Assembly (NCBI RefSeq): GCF_003704095.1
Contig: NW_020843367.1
Location: 434,001-498,000, forward strand
Direction of reading: 5' to 3'
DNA from: Pocillopora damicornis
Taxonomy: Eukaryota
DNA: 64,000 bases
The notes below the pieces were generated by a model that saw only the letters and a program-made list of their open reading frames with translations, had not been told where the DNA came from and made no database searches. Both the position numbers and the translations under genes were made by a program. This document shows, in pieces, positions 42,652-55,400 of this stretch; position 1 is the first letter of the stretch; every line of letters begins with the position of its first letter.

Positions 42652-45419
42652 TCACTTTTCCTTGGTTATTAAATTCAGTGGTGTCTGTTCCATCTCTATT
42701 TCCTGTCCCAAGTCTGTGGCATATAGCTCGAAGAGTTCTTTGCTTTCTAGGACAGAAGGATTTGTACTATTCTTGATCTCATCTTGTTTCCTTTTCTGTT
42801 CTCTCAGTTTCCAGGCCCAGTGCAAATCCTCTGACCACATCTCCAAAAGAATTTATAATTGAGCAGGGTAACAAAATGCATTGATGCAAATAAGGAAATG
42901 TTATTCTATTGTGCATCTATCTAATATTGTGAAAAATGCCCCATCAAACACTTTATACCTCTTACTAACCAAGTTTGAGGTGCATACTTTAAGTTATTGT
43001 CCAAGTTTATTCCTCTCAGATCTATGGCCCAAGCAAAAAGAATGTTGGCCATAAAACGGAGCAGAAAAAGCAAGCTGAGAAACGAGGTTAGTAAAATAGT
43101 CATTGCATCTCTTGGTTCAAGCAGAGGGGGAGGATTTCAATTGCTCAAAATAAATTTTTGAATTTAGTTTGCTGTACAGTGAAATGCTTCCCATTAAATT
43201 GACCAATGATCATGCACATAATAACTGTGAGAGAAAATAAGATCAATTATTTCCTTACCTCTGATTCATCAGGTTGTAACAGAATAGCTTTTGAGAAGCT
43301 TTTCACCCCCTATGGAACAAAGCATTTCAAATATTTTGTTTTACTCACAAGAAATATTGTCAGTTATAAATTTGTTTATAGCATTGTTTTGAGCCAAAAC
43401 ATTTAGAAATGTTGAGCTTTCTATACAAATCTGGTCTTAAAAGTAAGAAAATTGAGATACATTGCTAAACTGCTTAATTTACCTAGCAGTTTTACTGAAA
43501 GTATAAGAAACTTCCTCTGAATACCATTGCAGACATTACATGTCAAAAGACATAGTGATTTAGATGTCATGTTGATAATGTTCTGGAAAATTAAAAGCTA
43601 GGAACATCTACCAGAATTTCCTCAAACAAGATTTCTCAACAACCACGTCAAAATTCTTGTATGCAATAACATTTCATAAAAAAATTGGTAAAGAGTTTTC
43701 TTAAGAATTTGTGGTCAAGTGTCTAGGGATCTGTCTTCAAACATGTAGGGTCAGAGTAGCGTGATTATTGCTCTATGTTCTAATAAAAAAAAAGCTTAGG
43801 CAGAGTTGATTCAGGATCACCAGAATAAATTCCCAGCATTCCAAATACCTAGCTTTGTCCCGTAGAGACACTCCTCCCAGATTTTCTGTGATAAATTATG
43901 GAGAGCTTTGAATTGAGACACTGGCTACCACTTTACAAGCTATCTAAATGGTTTACTATTAATTTATTTATCAATTTCTTGATGATGTTTAATATATACA
44001 ACAATCAATTGACATATTTAGCAGATTTAGCAAAAAGTAGAGGATATTACATGGCTGCACAGAGGTACAAATTTTATCTTTGAATGCTGAAAGTATCTCT
44101 CACAGCACAAGAAGATAAAATCCATATTCCCAAGCGGCCATGTAATGTTCTGTTTATTTTATTAACACTGATGAAATGTTTAAAGAACTGGCTGCACGCC
44201 TGAGCAGGAAGCTCTCTTGTAATTGACTTATCATGTTAGTAACCATGGCAACACCAATATCCTCACACATGAAAGATAAAATAGTATCTTCACTGCGTGC
44301 GATGAAGATATGATTCTTCAGTAAAAGGAAAAATCCTGGTTTTTCATCAGTATCTATATAATAAAATGGGATACCCTTGGTACCTACCATCTCAACATCA
44401 CCATACCCCATCTGCGCACGACCAAGAGTTTGATAGGCTACATACCAACAAGGGTTCAAAGAAACTGCTTTTTCTGCTGCTTGTATAGCAGGAAATAACT
44501 CATGTAGTTCTAGTAATACCTATATTACACATGAAAAAAAAAGCTAATATGAATAACAACTCATATGACAGATAAGCCAAGGCTTAAAATCCTAGCCTAA
44601 GCCCTGGAATTTTTAAATTCTAGGGTGAGAGGAGAAAAGTACCATTACCTGTGATTTCATTTCATAAAGCTTTGCATTGTTTGGAGTCAACAATACCGCT
44701 TCGTTCCATTTTCCAAGTGCTTCCCAGTACCTGTCACAGCATCAATTGAAAATAAAGATGCATAAATATCAAAGTTAAGGACAAATAAGATTAAGTAAGA
44801 ACCTTTGAACCCGTCATAGCCTAATATCAGTATCCATATTCTCTGTATTCATCTCTATACACGTCTTTCGGCACTGACTACGAGAATTCATTCAACAATC
44901 AAAGCTTCTTTGGTTGGCAATCATCGCCTTTATCCTCATGATCTGAATGAATAATTCAGTAGTATTACTATAGGACAAATTGGATAATGGTCACTCTTTG
45001 GATTTAAAGGGTTAGGAAGAAGCAAGCAAAAGCTTCAAGGCAATAAAACATTTACAGCAATTTAGAGGAGGCCCAAGTACGCAAAGAGGTGCTGAGCCTA
45101 TGAAGTGATAAACACGCTACTCCACGGGAAGAAACTATTCTATTTTAGATATAACTAATCAAAGTAACATCAATTTCTAAAAGTACCACCTCTGTTGCTC
45201 TGCGAGAGAAACTCCTTCTTCTTCGAGCCGCTTGCTTTTGGTGACGCTATCTTCAATGCTTTTCACACCTTTTTTCACTAAAAGGACTCGCCAGTCCAAT
45301 TCAAATGGTTCCTCTACGCCATCAGCTGAATTTTCGTTGGTTTCATCGAATACAGCAGCCCTTTTCTCAACTAAATTTTGAGGCAATTTTCTCTTCCAGC
45401 CAAATTTCGTCGCCATCAT
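42652..45419 (-). CDS. TTC33: Tetratricopeptide repeat protein 33
   Basis: Exons 45419-45190, 44730-44649, 44519-44388, 43309-43259, 42840-42652. FGWKRK, SKRLEEEGVSLAE, LYEMKSQVLLELHELFPA, QTLGRAQMGYG, WSEDLHWA. Confidence 0.92.
44035..44365. repeat. Adjacent hairpin/TIR repeats in TTC33 intron 3
   Basis: atattacatggctgc...gcggccatgtaatgt, and ttattttattaacactgatgaaa...tttcatcagtatctatataataa inverted pairs. Confidence 0.55.
44806..45015 (-). mobile_element. Diverged copy of the MITE family in TTC33 intron 1
   Basis: cctaatatcagtatccatattctc...ggtcactctttggatttaaagggttag. Confidence 0.6.
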
Positions 45420-46306
45420 TATTTATGAGAAATCGGTATAACTGGTCAGCTGAGTCATCTTAGTATGTTTTCCACTTTTCCACATACTTTTCCACACAGG
45501 TATGTCTTCTACCCAGATCTCCCACGGTAAAGCAGGCAACTCTTGCCAAATGCGTCTTCCTTTCAGAGGGGTCTCTGATACCTGTGTCTCAGCGGATTTA
45601 GATCCCCCGCGCATTTAGAACTCCGTTCCATATCCGCTAGCGGATGTGGACCACCTCTCGCAGATTTGGACCCCCTTCAAAATTTTTGTTTTTAGTTTTC
45701 TCTCCGTCATGAATTTATCTTGCAAAGAAATGCAAACTCTCTGTCAACGTTCCTTTGATTCTAAGCACATTATTTCCAAATGATTCCATAAGTGGTCGAA
45801 ATGAATGGATTTGTGACATTTATTATCTGCCTAAATCGAACGATGTTTCATTCTCGCTTTTCATTGGTTTATTTCATCGGGCTCTAATATCGCAAAATGC
45901 ACCACAAATGTCCAAAAAAGTGATAACAATTTACCTTTTATCACATCTGGTTCACTTTTCATCCACATCAAATATGCTTCTGTGGTAGTTTACAATACAA
46001 GGAAATTTTACCTGGAAAAAAGGAGCATTTTCCGATTTCTAATCCCTTGGAAGATCTTAAATTGGAACACAATGAGATGATGCGAAAGGAACCACAAGTG
46101 TTGTCATTGACGTCACCGATTTTAAGTGTTTTTAATTTTGATGCTGTAAATGTTCCTGACGGCGGATACTTCGGAATCTCCTTGGACATTTCATCGAACA
46201 TGAGCGGCGCCTTTGTGAATAAATTTCAAAGTCAAATCATAGGAGAGGTAATATTTTTTAACTTGAAATAGGGTAGTAAGTTTTTAACTGTCATTCCCAA
46301 AGAAGC

Positions 46307-49300
46307 ATGAACCGACAAAGATGGATTGCAGCAGTTGGTGTTGCGTTTACAAGTAAGGCTCTTTTCTATGGCATTTTGAATTTTATTCCACTTTTAAACA
46401 TTCTCCACTTGCTATCCAATCTCGAACGTTGCGAGTTAAGAAATGCTTTTAAGTGAATCGGGTCATGCGAAAAAATTAATCTTAGAGAAAAACAATTACA
46501 CGGCTATGAAAAGCTGCAAAAATCCTTAAGGGAAGGGCAATGCTTTCATTTCACTGTTTTCACGGAAGCTGTACACATTGCAACAAGCAAAGTCGATTTC
46601 AGGTTCACGGGGGACAAGTAGGGCGTATCAAAACATCGAACATGTAATGGTGGGTTTTTTGATGAAAAAGATTAAATGATGGCGGCAAACGCAGAGGAAA
46701 TTCAAGAAAAGCACACTTAATGACAGATGCTACAAATTTACAGATGTCAAGTTTTCTTAGCTAAACATTTGCCGAAAACGCCCAAACGAAGCTATGAGAG
46801 ACTGAAAATGTTTTTCTAACAACCGAACGATGTATATGTGAAACTTTGAAATAATTTTTTTTTTATCAAGAACCGATGAGTTACCGCTGGCTTTGAAGCT
46901 GAAGTGAGATAGCATTAGTTGACTCGCCTTCGTAAGGCGAAATATGTTACTGTCTTTTTCCTTTGGTAATGTCTACCTGCAATCGCCCGAATGCAGATCT
47001 TAATCAGGAAATAGTTATACCGGACTTCTTAATGAAATTTAGCTTTCAAACGAGGATGTTAAACCTGAGTTAAAGAATTGAAAATTGATTCCGAGATCGT
47101 TTGTTTTCTTCTGATCCGTTTGTTGTTGATGTTGTTTATTTTTTGCTATGTTTTGTTGTGGCAGGCATAAAAACTTAAGTTTCGCAAACTTAGAGCACTT
47201 ATATAAAAACAAGACCTTTTTACTCGATGTCGGTGCCTCCTTTTCTGCCAGGGTATATTCCTGTTTCATACGGCTCTTAATTACTCTACAGGCCTTGATG
47301 GTTTTTCAAAGGTTTTGATTTTAAAAATGTAATGAACATAAAAGTAAATGAGTTACAGATTTAGTGTTATGGATCCATTCAGTGTAATTACACAGCCGGC
47401 AATGACACATTTGGATCGTTCTTAGGTTTTAAAGATCCCGAAAGGTGACGATTGTTACCTTCAAATGGTTTTTTTCTCTTTTATTTGACCGGACATATTA
47501 AATTGTTTCTATAAAAAGCTTTCACCTGTTACAGAAAATGGAAATTCTGATTTTTATTTAACAAATACGCATTGGAAATTTAGCTATATTTTGAAATAAT
47601 TCAGTGATGCAGAATTCCAACCTGAAAGTGTACCTTGATCAGAACCACGACATTACTGATTTTTTCAGTGTTGGCGTAAATGAGTTAGATCCAAAAACAG
47701 TTAAAACAGTTCGACCCTATAAAACACGACGGTGAAAAGAGCGGAAAATGTCTTTGAATGCAAATTTCTCATTTAGTTTAAGTTGCCTTAGCCATTTTTA
47801 ATGATTTCATTACACACCATAAATATTTCAGGAAATTAGATAAAATCGTGTCGTCGGAAGGGTAACCTTGATAATTTAAAATGATTTTTAGATTACAGAA
47901 AATATTTTACGGTTCGTTTTCCTCAAAATGACCGGCACTGCCGTTGAAGTGTTCTAAAAATATATATTTCCCATATTGTTCAAAATGACTAAAATGAAAC
48001 ACGCATGATTCCCTGTAACTTTGAGTTTCGTGCTTACGCACTCTTCAAACAGATTTAATGAAAAACATTCTCGTAGGTTAATTTATATCTATATATAAAA
48101 GGTAGCTGCTGATTACAATAGGTTGTTGTTATATAGTAGGTGAGAAAAAGCGAAAATTACAATGGGTGTGGATGTATCAATGAAGGACAATGAGGCAGTA
48201 GGTGTAAATATATTGACAAAAGTCTATTGTAGCGGGAAAGCGTCAGATGTTCTTTAGATAAAACTTGTTTTCGTGACGGTATTCGGATATAAGTTCAGAT
48301 CTTTTATTCAGTAAGTTTTTCTCACCTATTATATAACAACAACCTATTGTAATCAGCAGCTACCTTTCTTTATTTATATAAATTAGCCTACAAGAATGTT
48401 TTTCATTAAATCTGTCGGACGAGTGTGTAAGCACAAAACTCAGAGTTACAGGGAATCATGCCTGTTTCATTTTAGTCATTTTGAACTGTATTTCGCTCTA
48501 CACTCATGTGTATTGAGCACTTTCCAACATCATTTGCTACAATTTCTCACAATTATTTCCCATATTGTAGACCTTGCCTCTATTTTCGCACCATTTCAGA
48601 ACAAGGTCATGAGTATTAAACTTTCGCATAACGGACGTCGACTACCAGCAACCTCTTTTTCTGTGAAGTCTGTCGTACAAGTGAAAACAAATCAGTGAAA
48701 AATACAAACAAACAAACAAGTGATGTTAGTGCCTTGTGCCTCACTCCCAGAGTTCTGCACTGCGCACTAACATTTTTTTTTTGACTGATTTCTTTTGTGA
48801 CCCGCGCGACGGATTTCACTAAAAAGCAAGGACTTATTGTAGTCTATAGCCGACGACACATGGAGTCATAATACCTTTTTTTGCCGTTATTTTTCTTTTT
48901 CTTCTTTTTTAGTTTGTGGATTCTTTTGGTGTTCTAAGGCAGCTCAGTGTCACTCGGGATGGAAAGAATGGAATAAAGCTTGCTTTAAGTTTGTTCCTTC
49001 CCAAGCCTCTTTCTCAGACGCTTCTGCTGCTTGTAAAAAGGACCAAGCAAATCTGGTGTCAATTCATAGCCCAGAAGAAAACGAAGTTGTGCGAACTTTG
49101 GCCGGAGGCAAAAACGTTTTCATTGGTCTTAACGACAACAAAACTGAAGGAGTGTTCGTTTGGAGCGATGGCAGCACTGTTACATATGAGAACTGGGAAG
49201 ATAATGAACCGAATGATGGCTTTAACATGAGCGATTGTGTAATTCTGGATGGGTCGTCGTCCCGTGGAAAATGGAATGACACACCGTGTATTATGTGGTA

Positions 49301-50511
49301 TAAATATGTGTGTAAACTTACACACGCCCAGCCCTTCGATGGGAAAGGTGAGCTGATTTGTGACTTGCAGAGAGTAGTTGAATTGACAAAATTGCTCTAC
49401 ATCCGTTGCGAATTATGCTATCGCTGAAACAGAATAGGTGCAGTTATAAGAAAAAGAGTGGTTACTCAATGGAGCGCCTAGAAAATAGGGGCAGTTTTTA
49501 ACAAACAACATCAAATTTTAGGGGGGGAGGGGGTAAATTGAATCATTGCGGTAAACCCCTGGTTTAATGACTTAGTTTTCACTACCTTAAACTTAAACAT
49601 CAATCACCCTCTTATTGCGTCAGTTATTTCATGTTGGTCACAAAATGAAAAGGATTCAAGCCAATGAACAAACAAACAAACAAAAATTTAACAGGTGTTC
49701 AAAGTTTGAGACAATTTATTATAGTTTGCAAATTACATTAATTTTATTCCTATATTTAATTACCATGCTGTCAGTCACAAGCGCCATCCAAATTCGGAAG
49801 GTTGTATATTACTGACTTTCAGTAAGGGCTGTGTCAAATTTAGTAGTTATTTTTAGTTGCATGCACACTTGAAGTTGCTAATTAACGGCTGGCGCGAACC
49901 CTAATAATCAATTTAACAGAAACGATGGCTGCCTAAGTTTCAACTTAATGTAGTATGGAGCAATTGGCTGATGGGAGGAATAGAAAAAAATGCAGTGATT
50001 TACTAGTTATTCCGGTTAAAACTCGAGGAGAGGAATACTTCTTAATTTATACCTTCCTCTTGTGGAAAAGACCTTTTCCTCTTTTTTCTTACAAGATATG
50101 GTTTTTCCATAGAAATGAAAAGGACCCTCATGGCCTCAGTCCAAAGAGTATGCATATCTTATTAAGCGATGTCACACCCCTAAACGACATCACACAACGT
50201 CTTATAAACACCTGAAACAACACACTTTTTTTCATTTCACCACAGACAAGAGCGCAATAAAGAAGGAACAATCCTTCATCAGCTACGAGTGGAATGCTCT
50301 CATTAATCATGTGATTTACGAAGAATTAACGTCATCCGCCATTCATTGTGCTTTTCTTTGCATGAATAATCCAACATGCAAATCAATCAATTATAAATCA
50401 CAGCACGCGGATGGCGAGGGAGAATGCCAACTAAATGATGCTACGGCAGAGGAATTTCCGCTGGATATCATCCATTCGTCTCATTCTACTTACACTGTCC
50501 CTATTGTTTGA
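46307..50511 (+). CDS. Secreted C-type lectin (EPN/WND) with C-terminal PAN/apple domain
   Basis: Exons 46307-46352 (signal MNRQRWIAAVGVAFT), 48913-49347 (long-form CTLD: CHSGW..C, LVSIHSPEEN, FIGLND, FVWSDG, WEDNEPND, DCV, KWNDTPC, YVC), 50246-50511 (ALINHV..CAFLC..PTCKSINY..CQLND). Junctions are phase 1 throughout. First exon is inferred. Confidence 0.85.
47978..48488. mobile_element. Foldback/MITE with ~170 bp inverted arms in lectin intron 1
   Basis: 47978-48150 is the near-reverse complement of 48317-48486 (gttcaaaatgactaaaatgaaac...ggtagctgctgattacaataggttgttgttatat); right end reads ...gaactg|TA. Confidence 0.8.
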
Positions 50512-52485
50512 CCACAAAACCAACGAGGACCATGTGACAGACAGACTATTATGGGCTGCTTAAACGATCCTACACTGATTAAACTCACAACTACCAGCTA
50601 CTCTTATCGTCATATCATATGTAATTTAAAGGGGCTCTGAATGGTTTCGACCACTCAGCGTTTGGCATTTTGACACTAGTTTGCTGGACGATGTAAAAAT
50701 GCCATTGCAGTGCAACTGACAGGCATTTCTGTGTAAACAGATTCAAATAAGAAAAATCCCAACCTTTCGTTGCCCTGAAACATCAACAAAAACGATAGTC
50801 AACATTGGCATTTTAGTTCTTGATGAATAGCAATGAAATTGGGATTAACAGTATTTGCGCTTTGGGACCTCCAACATAAAGTGGCTCTGAAACAAGTCAT
50901 AATAAAGATATCTTGATAGGGAGCCAACGTCACTGATGTGTTATTCAACGAGGCCCTCATAAAGTAAATGGCAGAAGTAATAGAAGTGCCTGAATAGTGA
51001 AAACTGTAAAACGTAACGGACTGGTCATAGTTTATCACCGAAGGGGGGAAGGGCTCGAAGATTTTGGTTATGTCACAATAAAGTTTACCTGATTTATACA
51101 CGCGATTCATACACGATTCGCACCTTTTTTTTCTTAATCGCATCTTTTTCCCAGCTAATGAGAAAGCTTCGCTAAAACACAAAACTAATCAGATTTAAGA
51201 GCTTGCTTCACCAATCAAATTGCAGAAAAATGAAAGACAGCTTTTGCAACTTTTTAAAAACCAGCTGAGTACTGGATCAGTAAAATATTTGTAGACTAAA
51301 AACTCCTGCATTTGAGCGACTGAATTTTGTACTATCAAAATGGATGTAATACAGTGGTATTTGAACTAGTTGAAATCCGAAATCATACCTGTGGTTTCAA
51401 ATCAAACTCGCCCTCGAGTATACTTTCTGACCAAACTGCACTCCACCGAGTTCAATTTTCATTATTTATTCTTGTGGCGTTAATGTTTGATTCAGGGGTG
51501 ATATTATGAGAAGTTTGATAATATTCACTCCGAGGGGCTAACGAAACGGAACCTTAAGGAAATATACATAGCAGGGGTCGAGTTTCACGAAAACGGAACA
51601 ACTTTTTCTGAAAGACATATTTATTTCCAGTTTCTAAACAGCAACAAAATTATCTTGATCACTCTCATCACGAGCTAAGCTTGAGACGAGCTCAAGATGA
51701 TTTGAAATGAAGTGCACTATATCACACATGTCATGGGGAAATGTGCTCGTCATTTGATATGTACACTAACATACCTGAGTTGATGAAACAGTCCTTATAA
51801 TCATTGACACATATCAGGGCTTTTCCGTACGTTCTTGAAAATGCCCATCGTCATTTAAAAAAATTCTTACGCAAGATCGGCGTTCGTCGGGTATTTTGAC
51901 AATGTAGTTTTTGCCAAGTAGGGTCGATTCCTTAGCGAGGTGTTCTGTTTTTTGAAATATTAGCCTCTTGTCGTTAAACTGACTGTCGTAAGTGTCTCTA
52001 TGTTTCTTGCAGCGTATTAGAAAACGCTTGTTAGAAACAGCGTCGATGCGCAACGATATTGTTGCGTCGTCACAATATTATATATCACTTGAAATTAAGA
52101 GAAGTCTAAACAACCAAAACGACCATTTCGTTGGGATAAGGTCGAGGGAAATTAGAATTATGTTTAAATTAAAACTTTAATGATCATAAATCTTTGCTAG
52201 AGTTACCAGTTTTGAATTGCCTATGAAACCTTTTTCTCAACCATGATATTCGTATCCACTACTGCCGTTGCGGTTGTTTCGACTCCTTTAACACAGACTA
52301 TGGACATTTTAAATTTGTAACAACTTTCAGTACCAAAGCAATGCATACTAAACTCAATATTTAGCTGCTTATTGTCAAACGCTTGAAAGGTAATCTACAA
52401 CTATACACAGGGATTAGGGACTCTTTAACATCTTTTGCCATGAGAAAATTAATTGCTAGCCCTGAGGAACAGGGTTAAACTATAT

Positions 52486-55400
52486 CTATATATCGCATAT
52501 TTCAAAAAATTTAGTATGACCGATTAGGCCCCCTGGGTTTGTGCTTTGTGTGGTTGTGTTCCACGCGTAATAGTAATCTTGATGAAAAAAGTAGATCGTA
52601 TTCGTTTTCCTATCGACGAAAGCACTATCTAGATCGTTAGGAACACCGTACCATTCTTCTGAAGTAAGTTTCGGGTACCCTGTACTTGTAGTATCTAATC
52701 CTTGATTAAATTTATAAACTTCGTTACCTTTAAAAAAGTAGGTATAATGATTAAGAGTAGAAAAGGCAGCATCGATATTGTCTGGTATCCCTGGCCAATA
52801 ACCGGCTATACTTAGGGGATAGCCTCTGTACATCACGTCTCTATAATTGTCGTATTTCCAATACTTTGAACCTTTGAAAATGTACGTGACGTCCCCAGTG
52901 CTATAATCAAAAACTTCATCGGGGTCCTTTGGGAAAGAAACCCATCCATTGACTATACCCAGCGGATAGGTTGGCATAGAAACGGTAGTTTCTGCGTCAA
53001 GTTTCCAGTAATTTGTTCCTTTCATGACGTAAGTCGCCCAAACACCATTCTGATGTTTACGCCAGCTAAAAATACTTTTCACTCTGGGGACACATTTACC
53101 TTAGAGAGAGAATGTAACGCCTAACTTAGACCAATTATGACATGACAGAACAGAATTAAAGACATTGGTATTCATACTTCCTGCACTGTAATTTTCGACA
53201 TCATTATCATTTTTATAGTTGCCGCCATTTTTATCATCATCATCATTTCTTTAACTACTGTCATATATACGCGCTATGTACATTGTATGCTCGAAACACA
53301 GTTGTAGAACATGGCATGCGTGACCCGTTTGCTACAATCAATTCGCACCATAAAGCAGCAAACGAAAATAGATATGTTGTATACGTAAAGATGATATCAC
53401 AACCTGTGTAGCCTTGATTCGTGGTTAAAATGGTGTGTTAATCTCACACCTAGATCCTACTGCGTAACTAAAATGTACTTTCTACCGTTTGACCGTGGAA
53501 GGACTGAGTACGAGACTAATAGTAGATTAAACGTATTCTATCTCATGACTCTATTCTTCGCATAATAATGCCTCTCGTACATGACGAAGATAATGGCTGC
53601 CAATCTCAAAAATGCATAGAAAAATAAAATTGACCTAAGTTTCAAAACAATCTATTCTGGGCGTTGTTTGGCGACGTGTAAGAAACCGATAGCAGTTTAA
53701 AACCCATAAAACCGATGAAATAGCACACATTGTATTTTATATTAGGGAAGACAAATAGAGTACAGAGTTTAACAAATTAGACCAACAAGGTGCAACAAAA
53801 GAATAACATTCCACCGATGTATTTTATGGTAAGTAATGGACGTATAAAGTAATACCTGCAAGATGCTGAATACCCGCGATATCGTCATCATCGAGACACA
53901 CGTCTGTTGTGTCCAGGCTTATGGTTGGATACATAATGGAAGTCGAAACAGAAGAATGCTTCAAACCCAGACTATGTCCTATCTCATGAACTGCGGCACG
54001 AAATAAACTTTTACAGCCAGGTTGGACGGGTGAGATGGTTTTGTTAAAGAATGCTGCGCAGTGGGTATAAGGGATATCCCATTTCTCGTCAGCGTCAAAG
54101 TGGACCTCACCATGAGGAGGATAGAAAGCATGCGCATAACTGTTGCCAGGACCGTCGAATGGATACGGATCATTGTGACCATCTAAGACCAGATTTTTAA
54201 AAGAAATTTGGTTAACAAATGATACAAGGCATTAGCGGAACACCATTCTCTACGGAATATAGCTCTTATTCGAAATTCCAACATCTCCCCCTCAGAAATT
54301 GTGTCAAATGCCTTAAACAATTTTTTTTGTGAATGGCAAAATCAACGACCGCGACTTTCTACACATTGTGCAAGCCTTAAGACTTGGGTCTTGCAGACCT
54401 TTTCTTCTGAGCCACTCGCTCGCGAAAGTGAACTTTTAACCTTACGCACCTTCTTATTCTTATTTCGCTGAGATTGAACACCTCTTGTCTAAATTCCCCA
54501 CCCCAGCCAGGCAAGGTTCAAATTCCCTACCCCCACGGATGACGGCCATATGCCCGTGGGTGGCGCGGGGGAATGTTAAAACTTCGCATTGATCGGCATA
54601 TTACGTGACTTCCATGATTGACCACAGCTACAGTTCCCAGAGGAAAGGATGCTGTGCAAAGGAAGACAAGCGAGGGAATCCGTAACATAGGCCAAAATGC
54701 TTGCTTTATGCGCAGTAAAAAATAACTCAGACGAAATAACGACAAATAAGTGAATGATCTATCGAGTACGTTAAGCAAAGCGTGCAAAGAGTAACATGTC
54801 TCGTAGACTGTATGCTTACAGCTGTTTCGAGAAAGTTTGTTGGAAAAAAGGACATAATTGCACGCGACAGTTTCGAAAAGTAATCTAGGTATCCAGTAAT
54901 CAATGTTTTAATAAGTCAAATGAAAAAATAAATTCCTCCAACCCGCAATGCCTCGTCCTTACAGTAACGTTTTTCTCAGATTTCATTAGATCCTGAGGTC
55001 AACGTGACCTGAAAACTACCCACAATACCTTTCGAGGTTGAAGCGTGAATTTTAATGCTTTTATTCCGGTACCCTTTTTCGAAACAGCCGTATTCAAAAC
55101 AACGACTGCTGTTATTCTAACTCCGTTCAGTTTATACTTGGGCAGTCAGCATACGGTGCGAGTCTGGCAAAACCGTGTCTGGTTATACATAGTTTATAGT
55201 GAAAGTAAAAGTATGCACAAGGAACACTCTTCCTTTTTCACCACCAGAAGAAAAAGCCGCCATTTTGTATATTCTATCAACTACCGACACCCAACGGGAA
55301 GTCAGGGTTTTAATAGAGTACTTCAATTTAAAATTGTGATCACATAATGACATTCCTAGCATTCTAGAGTAGCTCTGTCTCTCCGTCAAAGCCGGCGACA

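Noticed and set aside
42400-42654. Several in-frame TGA codons after the TTC33 stop (selenocysteine or readthrough idea)
   Set aside because: No SECIS recognised, TTC33 is not a known selenoprotein, and the downstream peptide is unremarkable.
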